Assembly: GCF_036321535.1 (NCBI RefSeq)
Contig: NC_087436.1
Span: 49,354,001-49,418,000, forward strand
DNA: 64,000 nucleotides
DNA from: Camelus dromedarius
Lineage: Eukaryota
Direction: 5' to 3'
In this document: positions 12,580-24,720 of the stretch, piece by piece
Layout of the letters: the number at the start of each line of letters is the position of its first letter
Position numbering within the stretch: the stretch's first letter is position 1
Notes under the pieces: model-generated
Databases searched by the model: none
Seen by the model: the letters and a program-made list of their open reading frames with translations, nothing else
Told to the model about the DNA's origin: nothing
Program-made: the position numbers and the translations under genes

Positions 12580-13519
12580 ACTTTGGCCACGTGGGCTGGG
12601 AAGGCGAGGGATTCACGCAGATCCAGGCGGACTTTCTCACCGGTGATTCTACTTCTCGCTAGATTAGGTTGTAATCTAACAAACCTGCACTTTCAAATGC
12701 TTACGTTTACTCCCGTAAGAGCCTTTATTTTTGAAAAAAATTCCCAGCCTTATAATTAAGTAATGAAGAAATCGACCGGTAAAGAACTAAACTCCGAATG
12801 ACGGACACTCGATTTTCCCTGAAGTTCGGAATTCTATAACCGCTGGCATCCATTGACAGTTTTTCTTTTCTATTGCCGAACAGTTTTACTTCTCTTTAAT
12901 GTTTTTTTCTAATCATAATTTTTTTACGTGAAGATGAGATAAAGAACAAAGCCCTTGTGAATCATCAGATAGTAATTTTTGAGATTTGCCCTCTATCAGA
13001 AGTTCTCATGTTACTGACATTCAAATTTTAAACAGATATTTTGGTCACATCGTTTACGAAATCACTACGTTGTGATCGTGATACTCTGAAGTCAACAGAA
13101 GTTATTTTGTGTAGCTCACTTTTTTTGTCCGTAATTTCTTTAGAAGTAAAGTCTCCTTCTTTTTATGAAATTGGAGTATTTCCTCTTTGGAAAGGATTAA
13201 TAAAGCAACTCTTCTTATGTGTCACGTTGTTACGAAGAAGAGCGTTTAAAGTATGTTCTAATGAAACACTGTTTATTCTATTTTGAGACAAAGTTGACTT
13301 CAAATTCTGGTTTTGCACTAGGCTAAACAAATCGTTTGTTTCCCTAAGCATTCATGTGAAATGAATTGCAGCCTTTTCTAACAGTACACTAACGTGTCAT
13401 TGAAGTCTTGGCAATTGCTAATCGGTTTTGAGTTGTTTGTGAGGTGCCTCGTAATTTGTTTTTTAAGTCCAAAAAGTAAAGTTTTCCAAAGACTATGACA
13501 TACACTTGTGTAGCACACT

Positions 13520-13720
13520 GTGCAACAGAATCGTGGAAAGCATGGGCTTTGGAGTCCGACAGACCTAGATGAATCTTGACTCCACCCCTTATTAAATGTG
13601 TGACCTTGAGCATGGGACTTAACTCTTTGTATGTCGGTTTCCTCAGCTGTTACCCTCTAAAACAGTGTGGTTGTGAGGATTAAGTAAGACACTAAGTATG
13701 TGCCCAGGTAATTACTATTA
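13520..13720 (+). mobile_element. MIR SINE
   Basis: GGGCTTTGGAGTCCGACAGACCTAG...TGTGTGACCTTGAGCA...GGTTTCCTCAGCTGT...GTTGTGAGGATTAAG. Confidence 0.8.
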
Positions 13721-16049
13721 CCAATCATAAGCCATGCACTTTCAGGAGTTTTCCTTGATTGAATAGAAAGATATAAATAATTATATGTCTTCTTACATTG
13801 AATAACATGTGGCAAATACTGTAGTCACATGAGTTTGATATAAAAACCTACATGTTCCTTATTATTTATATGATAATTGGGAAAATGCTCTTAAAGGTCA
13901 CCTCATCTTTAAACCTCGCTCTGTTGCAACAGGTGATTCTCATCTATCTGGAATCAACTTGGCTTGCAGTTGGTTTTGCAACAGGCCCTGAACCTTTTCT
14001 TGCCAGCTTCTTTCTCTGTACCCCCACCCCACCCTTAACCACTATGACATTTGTTAATTTAAAAGAAAATGCATTACTCCTCCTGGCTATTGTAACTTCT
14101 CAACAGCAAAAGGAAGTAAAACTGTAAAGATCTCCAAGTGTAAAATATTTTAGTGAAATTTTGTGTTGTTGGTTAAAAAAAACCCCAAAACTCTCAGTTG
14201 CTATTCCTGGGATAAAAAAAAAAGGGGGGGGGTGCACATAATCTGTTGTTTACTGGACTTTAGTGCACAGTTGTATGGGTAATCCAGAGCCAGCTTTTAT
14301 TAAATGTGTGCATTCTTGAGATTCCTCCTCCTATAGGTGTGGATAATCTATTTTTAAAAGATAATTTGCTGTTTTAACAACAGTCAATTGTTATTAAATT
14401 CCTTACCATTTTCCCCCCTTCAACTAGAAAGACCAGCACTGCTTCCAAAAAGTAAAATCCTTGCCTCCTTACCAGAGAAGACAGACTGATACAACAAGTT
14501 CCACGACATGCTATTCTGTATTAGAAAATTGACTTGATTGGCCGGGGCACCTGCTGTCTAACTCAGTTGCTCAGTCTCTAAGCCTCTTAGGGTGGAGGCA
14601 GCTTCCTGTCTGCTCTGTCCTTTAAAGAGCTGACAACAGCAGCTTGCTTTACAATGCAAATTTCTTGTACTAACAAAAAAAGAAAAAGAAAGAAAAAAAA
14701 AAAGGACGATTCTTAATTTCCTCCCCACCTGCAGAATAGGAAATTTTCTTTAAGGACTTGATTTTTCTCTTTAACAGAGAGAAATAGTTGTGACACATAT
14801 TCCTTTGAAAGAATTACAGTGGTTTAACAAAAACATTTAATCATGGCCTGTTGTTTCCCATCTCCAAAAACATATTTCTGAAGTATGACATGATAAAGAT
14901 TCTCTCCATGCTTAAAAGACAGTTGACCTTCAAACAGCACAGCAGTCATTGCTGTGAAGGGGCTTTCTTGTTTCTTTTGTCTAGTGACATCACTACACAC
15001 CATACAAAGGTACAGATTTAATATAAGTAGAATGCCAATTTAAAAAATCCAAGAGATGAGACATTTAGACATAACACTTTAAATTACTGATGTAAATTAT
15101 TATTATTAATACAAACAATTATTGTCTAAAGCCAAAGATCATAATATTATAAGTCTTGATAGTTTCTCTTTTATTAATATGATTTCTACTTACTTTCTTT
15201 CTGGCCTTGTTTCAGATGGTTAATTTCTCTTTCTGTAATTTGAACTTTTAGAAACATAGATACAAATGATATAATCCTAACTCACTCAAATCAGAAGCCA
15301 TCCAATGTGTGTACTGATTTAATGGGGGTTCAAATAAAATGTCAGATAAAACTCAAAAGTCTAATCCTGTTAAAATACTGCCAAAGGCGTTATAAAAAGA
15401 AAATTAGCATCATTAGTAGGACAAACGTCATGGAAATGCCTCCAGAAGCACTGCAGATTTGTTGCTAATATCAATCTACTTTCTTCTCATACATTCTGAA
15501 TTCACAATCCAGTAGCTACTCTTCTTATTCTCATCCAAATTTGGTAACATTTAATATCCCACTTTCTTTTGAGAAAATAATTTTTCAGCTTCGATGATAA
15601 ATTTCAGTAATGAAGTTTATTAGTAATTACTTCCGCACCACTCTATATTTGTATAAATTTTATAGTTTTTAAAGCATTTTAGTACACTGTAAGTTTTATG
15701 GCAAGGTGTACACTAATAATTTAATATTCAAAATCATATGCCATATTCAAAATAGCATTTAATTTAATTCCCATCTTAGAAGAATATGAAATGAGGTGAA
15801 GTGACTTTCTCAAAGTCATACAGCCTGCAAATAGAGTTTTGTGAATCCAAGATCAGGCCTTTCATTATAGCAAAACTATCCACATATCCTTTCCTGCTCA
15901 TCTTCCTCTAAATTCTTCTCACCGTTATTAGCACTACTAGTATAAAAATCTTCCCTTCTACACTCAATAATTTTCCATTGTTCTTTGTTACTTAAAAAAA
16001 CAAAACAGAACAAAACATCTACATTGACAGATTTTTAGTACTACATTTA

Positions 16050-16270
16050 CTTACTTGCTAAATACTGGCTAGGTACCAAGCATTGCAATAAGTCTTTTAC
16101 ATTTATTATCTTTTAATTTAATTCTTGGCATAACCAAATAAGGTAGGCAATAGCTTATTGAGAATTGAGTTGAGTAACTTGGTTGGGATTAAAGAGCTGG
16201 AACCAAAGTCTGAATCTAAATCTAGGTTTATATGATTCTAAAGTTCATGTCCCTGCAGCTACACTGTGCT
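16050..16270 (-). mobile_element. MIR SINE (degenerate)
   Basis: Antisense MIR-like: AGGTAGGCAATAGC...GAGTAACTTG...TCTAGGTTTATATGATTCTAAAGTTCATG. Confidence 0.55.
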
Positions 16271-16854
16271 GTCCCCCCAGTGTAGCAGATACAGATATCT
16301 ATGTTTAATACCATGAGAAGTTTCTCAAACAATTACCTGTGTGTGTGTGGAGGAGGAGGGTATATTTTTGGTTTGGGGCTTTGCTTTTTTTTTTTTTTTT
16401 ACAATAACATCAGTGATCCCCACCTCTTCCTCATAAAACAAAAGCAGAAACAAGATCTCTTCTGTCTAAATCTCTACTTGGTTTTCCTTATCATTGCTTT
16501 CTACCCTGTTTCTTTAGTTTCCAATTGTATGCTAGAAGTTGGCATGCTTGAACTCTTTGGAACAATGATTATATTTGTCTAATAAACAAATGTGGTACCA
16601 CTCCCCTGCTCACCTCCCCACCCCTTTAACTTATGTCTTACCCCACTAACAAACTGTTCGCAAAGATAAGTGCTGCTGTTTTCCATTGGTGTGGTGAAAG
16701 GAAGTTGCACCCTTGACCTGCTCCTGACTTCCTTGGATGATTTAGGGTTCGTTCATTCCCGCCAAACAGGGAAGCTGGCAGGTGGAAAGAGCGCCACCTA
16801 CTGAAATTATTCATAGGACATGGATCTTTGGGGATAAAATACTCAGAATGGGAT

Positions 16855-17060
16855 AGCACCAAATCTTTCCATTGAGAAAATGAATCAGAATCACCTATGG
16901 AGCTTTTGAAAAATATGCATAATGAGGTTCCACTCCTCTCTACCCATAGAAGCATCTTGGAGCTTCTGATTAATGAGGTCTGGGATGAGGCTGGAGTAAC
17001 GGTATTTTTCAAAAGACTCACAATCAGATGTACAACGCTACTTAAAAATCACTGGTATAG
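16855..17060. mobile_element. MER5-like hAT-Charlie DNA transposon remnant
   Basis: ATCAGAATCACCTATGGAGCTTTTGAAAAAT...TTCTGATTAATGAGGTCTGGGATGAGGC...TATTTTTCAAAAGACTC. Confidence 0.65.
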
Positions 17061-18108
17061 CTTACTGTGTAAAAACACAATGAAAACAATGGATGTTTAC
17101 ACCTAATATTAATAGCTAATAGGCACACAATATTGTCGTTCATAGAGTGTCCTGTGACAAAGAGCAAACAGCATGTATTTCTCTGATGAAGCCCTCACAC
17201 CTTTGCAGAGATCCAGCAAAGCTGCCTGTGACTCCCTTTTTGTATTTCAGGTTGATTAAATAGTTCTAATTTCTCTTGTGACAGGTTAAAAAAAAAAACT
17301 CCTTTGAGAAAGAGGTAAATAATTAGCAGCCAAAGAATGATCCAGATTATCAGTAGGGAAAGGAAAGAGTAGGGGAAATAGGACTGAGAGCCTGCTGCAG
17401 TGGGGAGAAAGGGGTGTTGGCCCTTGCCTGAGTTTGATTTGTAAAGAATAATTGAGGATTTTTTTGCTCTAATAGGAAAATTCTATTGGTTGAGTTTTGT
17501 CACGTTTTTCTAAAAAATTGTAAACCATTTTAAAATCCAGGCAGTTAGACAAATTGATTCTGATTTCTTTCTTTTTCCAAAACAATCATCATGCAATAGT
17601 TCTCTATGAGTTAAATTCTTCTTCTTATGATAGTCTGTATGGAAAAGAAAGAAAAATGTAAAAAAGAAGGGGTGTGGTCACTATTTGACATCCAGTTTTC
17701 TTCAAATATTCTAAAGTGTGTTTTCATACTTTCTAGAGATGTGTAAGAAAATCTAATGAGATCTGAGTCAATGCCAACTCAGAACCAGTGGGAAGGTCTA
17801 GTAGTTTCCTGCAAAGATCTGCACTACCAACTTCTGTTTAATTTGCTTTCTTAGTTTATAACATATATATAGTATTATATACTATATACTATTATATATT
17901 ATAATAGTACAATACTATTACTAGTTGGCACAAAAGCTCCTTGATCTGTCATAACTAGGCACACCACTAAGTTGAACATGGGTTGATTGCCAAGCAATTG
18001 TTCTGCATTTCACAATGACTTTAATCCCCAAGAGAATAAATTATATTTAAGTAATGACCACAAAATAAGGGTTCCTGAAAGAGAGGTTCGAGTAGAAGGT
18101 GAAAAGAA

Positions 18109-18136
<28 letters not shown>
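18109..18136. repeat. (AC)n microsatellite
   Basis: Uninterrupted AC dinucleotide run. Confidence 0.95.
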
Positions 18137-18139
<3 letters not shown>

Positions 18140-18679
18140 TATATTAAATCGGAATATCACAAACAAATGCTAAAGAAGCATTTCTTTGGGGGGGGGGTGT
18201 CCCTAACATTTATTTCTCTGAAATCTTATGATCACTGGCCCTAGTTAGACTGGTAGAGAGAGATTAGACTGTTTAGAGAGAGAGAAGGAAGTGAGAACAA
18301 TTGGAGAATGGTCTGTTTAGCATGGGGGAGGGGGATGTCACATAGGTGTGATCATAGTGGTAATGCTGGTATATGTTAATAAAGGAAATTTTACTCATTC
18401 TCCTTAAATTAGAAAACATCAGTAGCCACTGTCTACTAGAGAACGAGAACCAAAAGAGTCTCTCTCTAAATTTACAACCCAAGAAAGGGTAAAGTCATAA
18501 TTTTGATGGGTGAGGGCCACTGTTAAAGGTAAAGGTAGTATGAACTCACAAAATAGAAATTCAAAACATTTAGAAAGCGAAACTAACAAAACATACTTAC
18601 TGGAAGGGTTAAACTCTCTGTGTTATGAGTAAATGACATGGTTTACTAGTAGTCTAGATGCAGCTACTAAACACCTTTA

Positions 18680-18875
18680 ATATATGCATTATCTCATTTA
18701 GTATTTACAATAATCTTTAAAAGAGGTAAGACAGTTATGAATTCTATTTCATTTTATCTTATTTCTTAACACTAGCAAGCATGTGTTAAACAAATGAAGG
18801 GACACGTCAGAGAGATTAAGTAACCTGCCCAGGGTCACACAGCATGTGATACATTCTGATTTAAGTCTTCTTCAG
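18680..18875 (-). mobile_element. MIR SINE (degenerate)
   Basis: CATTATCTCATTTAGTATTTACAATAATC...AGAGAGATTAAGTAACCTGCCCAGGGTCACACAGC. Confidence 0.65.
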
Positions 18876-20419
18876 TATTCTTTCCACAAACCAAAGGGAA
18901 ACAAATAAACCATCTTTAATTCCTTCCTGGGGGCAAAAAAGAAGTTCTGATCAACTTGTGACATTGTATCTTGGGTGATACATTTGTCTTGCTTGCCTGT
19001 GCTCACACAGGCCGGGAAAATGCTACAGTAACAGAAACATTTAGGAAACGTGTGTCTAGTGTTTTCATTTGTTTATTTATTTAATGTGGGCCATCCACTG
19101 TGGTAGGAATTCTATTCATTCCAAATGTTAGGTGAAAGTTAATCTAGTCCCTAAAAACGTTTCTAAGGGAAAGAATAATAAGTTAAAAAGGTATGAAAGA
19201 CAAAACATTGGAGTTCTTCCTTGCTCTCTGCCTTCCCAAGCCACAGAGAAAGATGTTTGGGGGGTGTGTGTGTGTGTTTGTGTGTGTGTGTTTAATGAAG
19301 CAAAATCATTATACAAGAAGACATAGACTTATGTTTTCATAAAAAGCAAAGTTGTTTGAAAATATCTGAAAGTAATCAAAACAATTCTCCCTTCATTGAA
19401 TAGGGCTAGAGATATTGGGGTTTGGTGGATATGGTTCAAGTCAAAGTTTCAAACTCACAGATTTTTCTAATGAAACTAAAACTCAGAATGAAACTTCATG
19501 CACACAATGTGGAATGAGTAAAATGTTTTGCTCTAAACTATTTCATGAAAAGACAAGTTTCATACAATTCTAGTAAATGACAGTGCTCTCCAACAGGGCT
19601 GCTTACCAACCAATGGCACTTCGTCACATATCCTATATCTTTAGGGAAAATATGCTAATGTAGAATAAATTTATTATAGAATTGCTAATTCTTGGTGACA
19701 ATAATTATACTTGTAGCACACATTTTTACTTCTGATCTTTTAGAAACTTCATGCATGACAGCCTATATGATGGGTGTGGATTTGGGGAATAATGCATAAT
19801 ATTTAAAAGCATAACTTTTTTGGCCTTAGAACTAATTCTAGGTCCCACTTTTGAGTTGTGACCTTTTGAGTTGCTTTGCTCATGAAAGGGTTGTGCTATG
19901 AATTCAGGGGTTGGAGAGAAGCTCCACACTATTTGAGATGATTGAAAACTAACCTAGACAAGACACCTTCTCAGAAATGGTTTTTTTTTTTTTTTAACTT
20001 TAGAAATGAAGGATTGGTAGTCTCATTTTCCATTGGAAATGGTTCACTGCAGTTTCTAATTTGTCATAGTTTACAGTGGTGCTTGAGATACCAATTTGTC
20101 ATTGGTGTTTCAATTTCCCCTTCTTGAGAGGCAGCTTAATCAGCAAATGACCATAGCTGAACAGTCAAATGGTGCCATTATAGGTCTGCTCAGGAAATCT
20201 TCAAATGACAGAAGGATCAGAAATGGGTGGAAATACCATCACAAAACATCCCTTGAAAGGTGTAATAATAATGACGTATCTGGTCATTTTTGTTTCACAT
20301 CAGTGGTAGCATTTCCCATGCTCTGCTTTCTCAGCCTTATTCTATGTTTAAAACTAAACTTATGTGGTGATGGCTCACTGCATTCTTGTCACTTCAATAT
20401 ACCTCTCACTTGTCCTCTC

Positions 20420-21960
20420 ATTCAGTGATATGATAGTAAACAAGATGTGTCCCTCTGCCCTCAAAGAGCGTATAGTCAAGTGGGAAAACAGATAAGTAAA
20501 TGAGCAGTTATAAAACATGTGCTGTGTGCTAGGGTGCAGTGGGAAGTGTGCGTACCTCATACCTGCAAGCTCAGAGCAAACGTCCCATGAAAGTAACATT
20601 TAAGCTGAGATCTTAAGGCTGAATCAGAATTATTCAGGCCAAGTAGAAAGTCAGAGAAGATTGCTTGGTGGAGATAAAAGAGTACATAAGAGAGAGCATG
20701 ACACATTTGAGGAAATAAAACACATTCCAGATGACTTGGGGAGAAAGTGAAGAGGAAGAGGGTCAGTGCTCAGGCTGCAGCTGTGTTGCACAGACCAGAT
20801 CATGAGGGTTAGTGACAATCATGGTAAGGGGTGTGGATTGTGGCCTCAGTGCAACAGGTAATCAATCATGGGTTTTAAGAGAGGAGAAAATGATCAGATA
20901 TGGACTTTGGAAATACCTCTCCAGCTGCAGTGGGGAGAGTGGGTTGAGAGAAAGCAGGGGCACCAGTGGGGACTCAGGGGAAGTGACTTAGGGAAAATGA
21001 GAGTGGTCTGAGTTAGAGACTCGGCAATAGGAGGGAGAGAAATGGATAGGCCCATGGGGATCACAGAGGTAGAAGAAATGGAGCAAGGTAACTACTTGGA
21101 AACAGAGGTGAGACAGAGGCAGGGCTCAAGAATGTCACCCAGGTTTCTGACCTGCCAATGATGGTTGGTGGTGACATTCACTGGAGATAAAAATAACAGG
21201 AAGAGAAGAGATCCTGGAAGTAGGAGTTTTAGAGTTGTGGGAGAAAAAAGGAAATCAGTGATGAAAAAATCAAGTTTGAGGCACCCATAGGACATCCATG
21301 TGGACATGAGGAGCAAGCAATTGGACAGCTGAGCCTGAACCCGAGAGAAAAGACTCAGACCAGAGCTATAAATTTATGAATCATCTGCACAAAGATGGCA
21401 GTTGGGAAAGATAACCTTCTGTTCTGGTGAGAAAAGTGGAGTTCTAGGAAAGAAATGAAGGAACCCCCCCTGTGAGGTTTGGAAGAAAAAGGAGGAAACC
21501 AGAGGTGTGTGCCATTGTGGGGACCAACTTAAGGAGACGCTTCATGAAGGAGGTCTGACCTGGTTAGCAGCACCACATGCTAATGAGTTGTCACCTGAGA
21601 CAAGTAATGAGAAGTCCCTTGGGTATAAACAGTGGTGCATTCATTGCAATCCTTGGCAAAGTGAGCTTCAGGAGAAGAGTCATGAGGACAGAAGCCAGAT
21701 TGCCTGAGGCTGGAGGATAAACAGGAAGTGAGGATGTGGAGATAGGGCGAGCTGATGGCTGTTTAAAGAAGGTTGGCTACTGAGAGGGGAAAGGAGATAG
21801 CGAAGTAGCTACAGAGGGGTGTGGGATTGAAGAAAGGATGTTTTAAGATGAGAAAGACTTGAGCATGTTTACTGAAGGGGAGAGCAAATTGAGGTGGGTG
21901 GTCAAAGATACAGAAAGGAAGAGAAAACTTACTGAACAAGGTCCCTGAAAGACTGGGTCA
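20420..21960 (-). mobile_element. L2 LINE fragment (~1.5 kb)
   Basis: Purine-rich antisense L2 hallmarks: CCCTCTGCCCTCAAAGAGCGTATAGTCAAGTGG, GTAACATTTAAGCTGAGATCTTAAGG, GAATGTCACCCAGGTTTCTGACC, GGCAAAGTGAGCTTCAGGAG. Confidence 0.75.
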
Positions 21961-21969
21961 TTTAAAAGG

Positions 21970-22560
21970 GTATTCTACCCCTCAGCCATAAAAAAGAACG
22001 GAACAATGCCATTTGCAGCAACATGGATGGACCTAGAGATTATCATACTAGGGGAAGTAAGTCAGACAAAGACACATATCATATGATATCATTATATGTG
22101 GAATCTAAAAAAAAATGATACAAATGAACTTATTTACAAACTGGAAATAGACTCACAGACACAGAAAACAACCTATGGTTGCCAAAGTGTAAAGGGGAAG
22201 AGGAAGGGATAAATTAGTTGTTTGGGATTAACATATACACACTGCTGTATATAAAACTGGGGGTAAGGTATAGTGCAGTGGTAGAGTGCATGCCTAGCAT
22301 GAACAAGGTCCTGGATTCAATCCCCAGTACCTCCATTAAAAAGGGGGGGGGGGCAGGGGGCTTAAAAATAAAACATAATAAACAAATAACAAGGACCTAC
22401 TATATAGCATAGGGAACTATTTTCAACATCCTGTAATAAACCATAATGAAAAAGAATATATATGTGTATATATTATATATGTATCTAACTATCACTATGC
22501 TGTACACCAGAAGCTAACACAGCACTGTAAATCAACTACACTTAAATAATAAATAAATAA
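21970..22560 (+). mobile_element. L1 3' end (cetartiodactyl type), interrupted by a SINE
   Basis: CTCAGCCATAAAAAAGAAC...GCCATTTGCAGCAACATGGATGGACCTAGAG...AACAAGGACCTACTATATAGCATAGGGAAC..., with an (AATA)n tail. Confidence 0.9.
22259..22367 (+). mobile_element. Vic-1-type camelid tRNA-derived SINE nested in L1
   Basis: GGTATAGTGCAGTGGTAGAGTGCATGCCTAGCATGAACAAGGTCCTGGATTCAATCCCCAGTACCTCCA with A/B boxes; probable TSD ATAAAAC (22251-22257 / 22368-22374). Confidence 0.85.
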
Positions 22561-23096
22561 GAGTACTCTGCTGACAAACTGAGGAAGAAGATATGCCTTG
22601 TAAAGGTGAGGGGCCAATTTGTTTAGTGTAAAGATTTCTTTCCATTTTTTAAATGTTTCAGGTAGGATACAGTCTGCAGTTACTGACACAGGCGAAAACT
22701 GTTGATTTCACTGTGCCCGCCCTCCGTCTCTCCCTCCCGACTGGGATCTGTAGCCTCTCTTCACAAATTTCATCATTGCTTTAGAGAGAAAGAGGAATGG
22801 GGTCTGTGAGATGCATTATGAATTAAATGCTGATGTTTGGACAAGGCCGAAGTGGTGTCTAATATAATACAAATTTCTGTAAGTCAGAGATTCCTTCAAA
22901 ACACAAGAGTGTATTGTAAAACACTACAGGTAATAAATAAAAACTAAAGAGATCCTACAACAGCAAAAGAATCTCCATCTGGGTGATGTGCAGTGATGGC
23001 TATGGTTTCAAATCCATGCTTCTTACTGTACTGACCACTCTGTGATCTAAGAATAATCATAAGAATACATACCAAATACTGGCTGCCTACTGGGTA

Positions 23097-23192
23097 TTTA
23101 TTTATGTATTTATTTTTATTGAAGTATAGTTGATTTACAGTGTTTACTAGTTTCAAGTGTACAGCAAAATGATTCAGTTATACATATACATA

Positions 23193-23247
<55 letters not shown>

Positions 23248-23719
23248 TTTTTCAGACTTTTTCCATCATAGGTTATTACAAAATATTGAATATAGGCCCC
23301 TGTGCAATATAGTATGTCCCTGTTGTTTACCTATTTCAAAAACAGTAGTGTGTATATGTTAGTCCCAAACTCCTAATTTATCCCTCCCCACCACTTCTTT
23401 CCCCTTTAGTAACCATAGTTTGTTTTCTATGTGTGTGAGTCTATTTCCAGTTTGTAAATAAGTTCATTTGTATCATTTTTTAAAGATTCCACATATAAGT
23501 GATATCATATGGTATTTTTCTTTCTCTTTCTGGCTTACTTCCCTTAGAATGATGATCTCTAGGTCCATCCATGTTGCTGCAAATGGTGTGATTTTATTCT
23601 TTTTATGGCTGAGTAGTATTCCATTGTATAAATATACCACAGCTTCTTTATCCAGTCATGTTTTGATGGATATTTAGGTTGCTTCCATGACTTGGCTATT
23701 GTAAATAGTGCTGCTATGA
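23097..23719 (-). mobile_element. L1 3' end with internal (TA)n, inserted into a MIR
   Basis: TTTATTGAAGTATAGTTGATTTACAG...GGTCCATCCATGTTGCTGCAAATGG; TSD ACTGGGTA (23089-23096 / 23720-23727); (TA)n at 23201-23244. Confidence 0.9.
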
Positions 23720-24169
23720 ACTGGGTACATATTATTTTTATACACTTTTAAGAATCCTGCAAGATAAATATTTATTTTCAGTTTACAGTTAAGTAAAGGC
23801 TCAGAGAGAAGAAATACATTTCTACAACCAAAGAGATATTTAATGGCTCAACTAGCACTAGAACCCAAGTTTATCTATTTCATTCAGAGTGTGAACACTT
23901 TGCACTAAGTAACACAATGTATCTTTCAGAAATATCTAATTGAAAATTACTTTTGCCCCAAATTTCCCTCATAGTCATGTATTCTTATGCAACTAAAATA
24001 TCTCCTCTTTTAGACAACAGTGAACAATCAACCTAGGGAAAAACTGGTATTGCTGCACAAGGGAGAGAGAGTTGGAGAAAAACTAGATCCAGAAATATAG
24101 AGATTAATGGGGGAAAAGAAAAAAAAAAAAAAAGATTATCCACAGCATCACATGTTCCTTCAGCTTGCC

Positions 24170-24635
24170 TATTTGTTCACATGCTTTATTTATTCATTCC
24201 TTGAATAATACTTTAAAAATTCAGACAGAGATATTTTGGCCTCATAGAGCTAAAAGTAATTACACAACTAAATACTTAATTGCAATTATGACAGGCACTA
24301 CAAAGGGAAAGTTTGGAGGCTGCGGGGGAAGATAAAAGGAAGGATAAAATTCAGTTTAGAAGTCAACTTAATCTTCCCTTGCGGAAGTGATAATTGAGCT
24401 CACTTTTGAAAAGTAGAAATGAACCAATAAAATGAGGCATGAGGAGAGGAGTCTTGTTTCAGGCAGAAGGAATTGCACTTGGGAAGGGCCAAAAGCACAG
24501 AGGGATGTGGCATAAGGCCAGTGTGGCTGCAGTGCAAAGATTAAGTAGGAGGCTACAATCGGTGAGGCTGGTAAGATAGGCCAGGACCAGGACTTACACA
24601 GCCTGGTAGGTCTTGTTAAGTATTGAGTTTGCTTT
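24170..24635 (-). mobile_element. L2 fragment
   Basis: TTATTCATTCCTTGAATAA...GGAAGTGATAATTGAGCT...AAGGCCAGTGTGGCTGCAGTG...GGTCTTGTTAAGTATTGAG. Confidence 0.6.
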
Positions 24636-24720
24636 TGTCATTAAAAATTGATTTCACCTCCTCAGGGTCCCCAGCATCCCTTTTGTCAGGTAATGGCACT
24701 ATGTTTTATCCTTGGGGAAC

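Larger units (their letters stand above)
10370..12660. promoter_or_regulatory. TET2: CpG island / TET2 promoter (core ~11650-12450)
   Basis: Very high GC and CpG density against an AT-rich, CpG-poor background. Motifs: GC boxes, YY1-type GCAGCCATCTTG (11562-11573), CRE-like TGACGTC (11634-11640), NRF1-like palindrome CTCGCATGCGAG (11702-11713), BANP-like CTCGCGAG (11734-11741) and E-box CACGTG (12588-12593). Confidence 0.93.

Noticed and set aside
12660..12678. Inverted repeat TAGATTA-GGTTG-TAATCTA upstream of exon 1a
   Set aside because: A 7-bp AT-rich stem is within chance expectation for 64 kb.
22259..22335. tRNA-like sequence with A and B boxes (also five other copies)
   Set aside because: They are divergent, carry tails and TSDs, and are dispersed, so they are SINEs rather than tRNA genes.
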